From NCBI GenBank assembly GCA_951406725.2, contig OX597818.1, positions 39,928,001-39,992,000 of the forward strand: a stretch of 64,000 nucleotides of DNA. Reading direction: 5' to 3'. This DNA comes from Octopus vulgaris (Eukaryota). A model generated the notes under the pieces. That model worked only from the letters and a program-made list of their open reading frames with translations, did no database searches and had not been told where the DNA came from. This document shows positions 62,641 through 64,000 of the stretch, piece by piece. The position numbers and the translations under genes are program-made. Numbering within the stretch: the first letter of the stretch is position 1; each line of letters begins with the position of its first letter.

Positions 62641-64000
62641 TCATCATTATAATTTAATGTCTGTTTTCCATGTTGGTATAGCTTGGATGGTTTGACAGGA
62701 TCCAGTGAGCTACAGGGCTGTATTGAGCTCCAGTGTCAGCTTTTGCATGGTTTCTATGGCTGCATATCATCATCACCATCATTTAATGTCTGTTGTCCAT
62801 GCTTTCATGTGTTGGACAGTCTGACCAGGCCTAGCAAGCTGGAAGGCTGCACCAGACTCCAATCTGGTTTGGTATGGTTTCTATGACTGGTTTCCCTTCC
62901 TAATGCCAATCACTCCGAGAGTGTAATGGTTGCTTTTACGTGCCACTGGCACAGGTGCCATTTGCATGATACCGGTATCTTCCATGACTGCTATTTTATT
63001 TGGCTTGATGCGTCTTCTTCTCAAGCATGAATAATGCCAAAGGTTTTGGTCATTGTTTCTGTGAGGCCCAACACTTGAAAGGAGTTCAGCTACTTTGCCT
63101 CTTTGAGGCCCAACACTTGAAAAATGCTTTGTATGTGCCAGCGGAATAGGTGCCAGTTACATGACACCAGCGTCAGCCATGACTATGATTTCACTTGGCT
63201 TGACGGGTTTTCTCAAGCACAGCATATCGCTAAAGGTCTTGGTCACTAATCATTGTTTCTGTTAGGTCCAGAGTTCAAAGATCATGCTTCATCACCTTGT
63301 CCCACGTCTTCCTGGGTCTACTTCTATCACAGGCTCCCTCCACAGTTAGAGATTAGCACTTCTTTACACAGCTGTCCTTGTCTATGACCTTACCAGCCCA
63401 ATCGCTCTTGCACACCACATCTGATGCTTCTTATGCTCAACTTTTCTCTTGAGATACTTACACTGTCGAACATGCACACCGACATTGCACATCCAGTAAA
63501 GCATACTGACTTCATTTCTTTCAAGCCTATGCATGTCCTCAGCTATCACAGCCCATGTTTCACTGCCATGCAGCATACAATCTACCTTTCACTCTAAGAG
63601 ACCCTTTGTTGTCAGCAGAAGTAGGAGCTCTCTGAGCTTTGCCCAGCCTAATTTTATTCTCACAGCTACACTCTTGGAGCATCCACCTCTGCTGCTAACT
63701 TGTCACCTAGATAATGGTAGCTATCTACTACCTCTAGCTTACCTCCATGGCAGTTGTGTTTATTGTACCTGTGCATCTTCCACATACAAATCTATTTTCA
63801 CTGTTAACCTTCCTCTGATATTGCTGCACCTCTTATGTGTGCGAAGCCTACACTGGATGCATCTTATGTTGTTTCTTCCTATGACTTATTTACAGATTAG
63901 GCAGGGCCATCTACCTGAAGGGATTTGTGATTTGTCTTCTTTCCTACTCTAATCCTTGTTTCCATACCTGAAACTTCTCTAGTTCTGGTAGCGATTCAGC
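62641..64000 (-). mobile_element. RTE LINE (RT C-terminal part plus 3' UTR), runs off the window end
   Basis: ORF 63382..63576 MLHGSETWAVIAEDMHRLERNE; homologous to 41350-42840. Confidence 0.85.

Overview
AT-rich, microsatellite- and transposon-saturated eukaryotic DNA. The repeat content (tRNA-headed SINEs with TA/CA tracts, an RTE LINE ending in (TGA)n) resembles coleoid cephalopod, probably Octopus, intronic/intergenic sequence; the taxon is inferred, not proven. I could not support any intact host protein-coding exon, and nearly all ORFs in the track are artefacts of microsatellites or SINEs. Recognisable content: more than 40 SINE copies from three families; decayed LINEs (CR1-like, RTE, Jockey-like, R4/Dong-like); a Gypsy remnant with a micro-inversion; mariner, maT and Merlin transposase relics; piggyBac-type and hAT-type MITEs; non-autonomous Helitrons and Helentron-like elements; a U2 snRNA pseudogene; and several minisatellites. 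The main signal is a set of short non-coding elements, mostly embedded in (TA)n tracts and often in inverted or tandem arrangement, that carry minimal type-I hammerhead ribozyme motifs. There are at least five sequence-unrelated families (near 19.2, 31.5/44.3/47.9, 39.4, 45.5/46.4 and 44.5/46.6 kb). One has a compensatory G3-C8 swap in the catalytic core. These look like Penelope-like pseudo-LTRs or retrozyme-like elements. Repeat boundaries are read by eye and approximate unless TIRs or TSDs are quoted.
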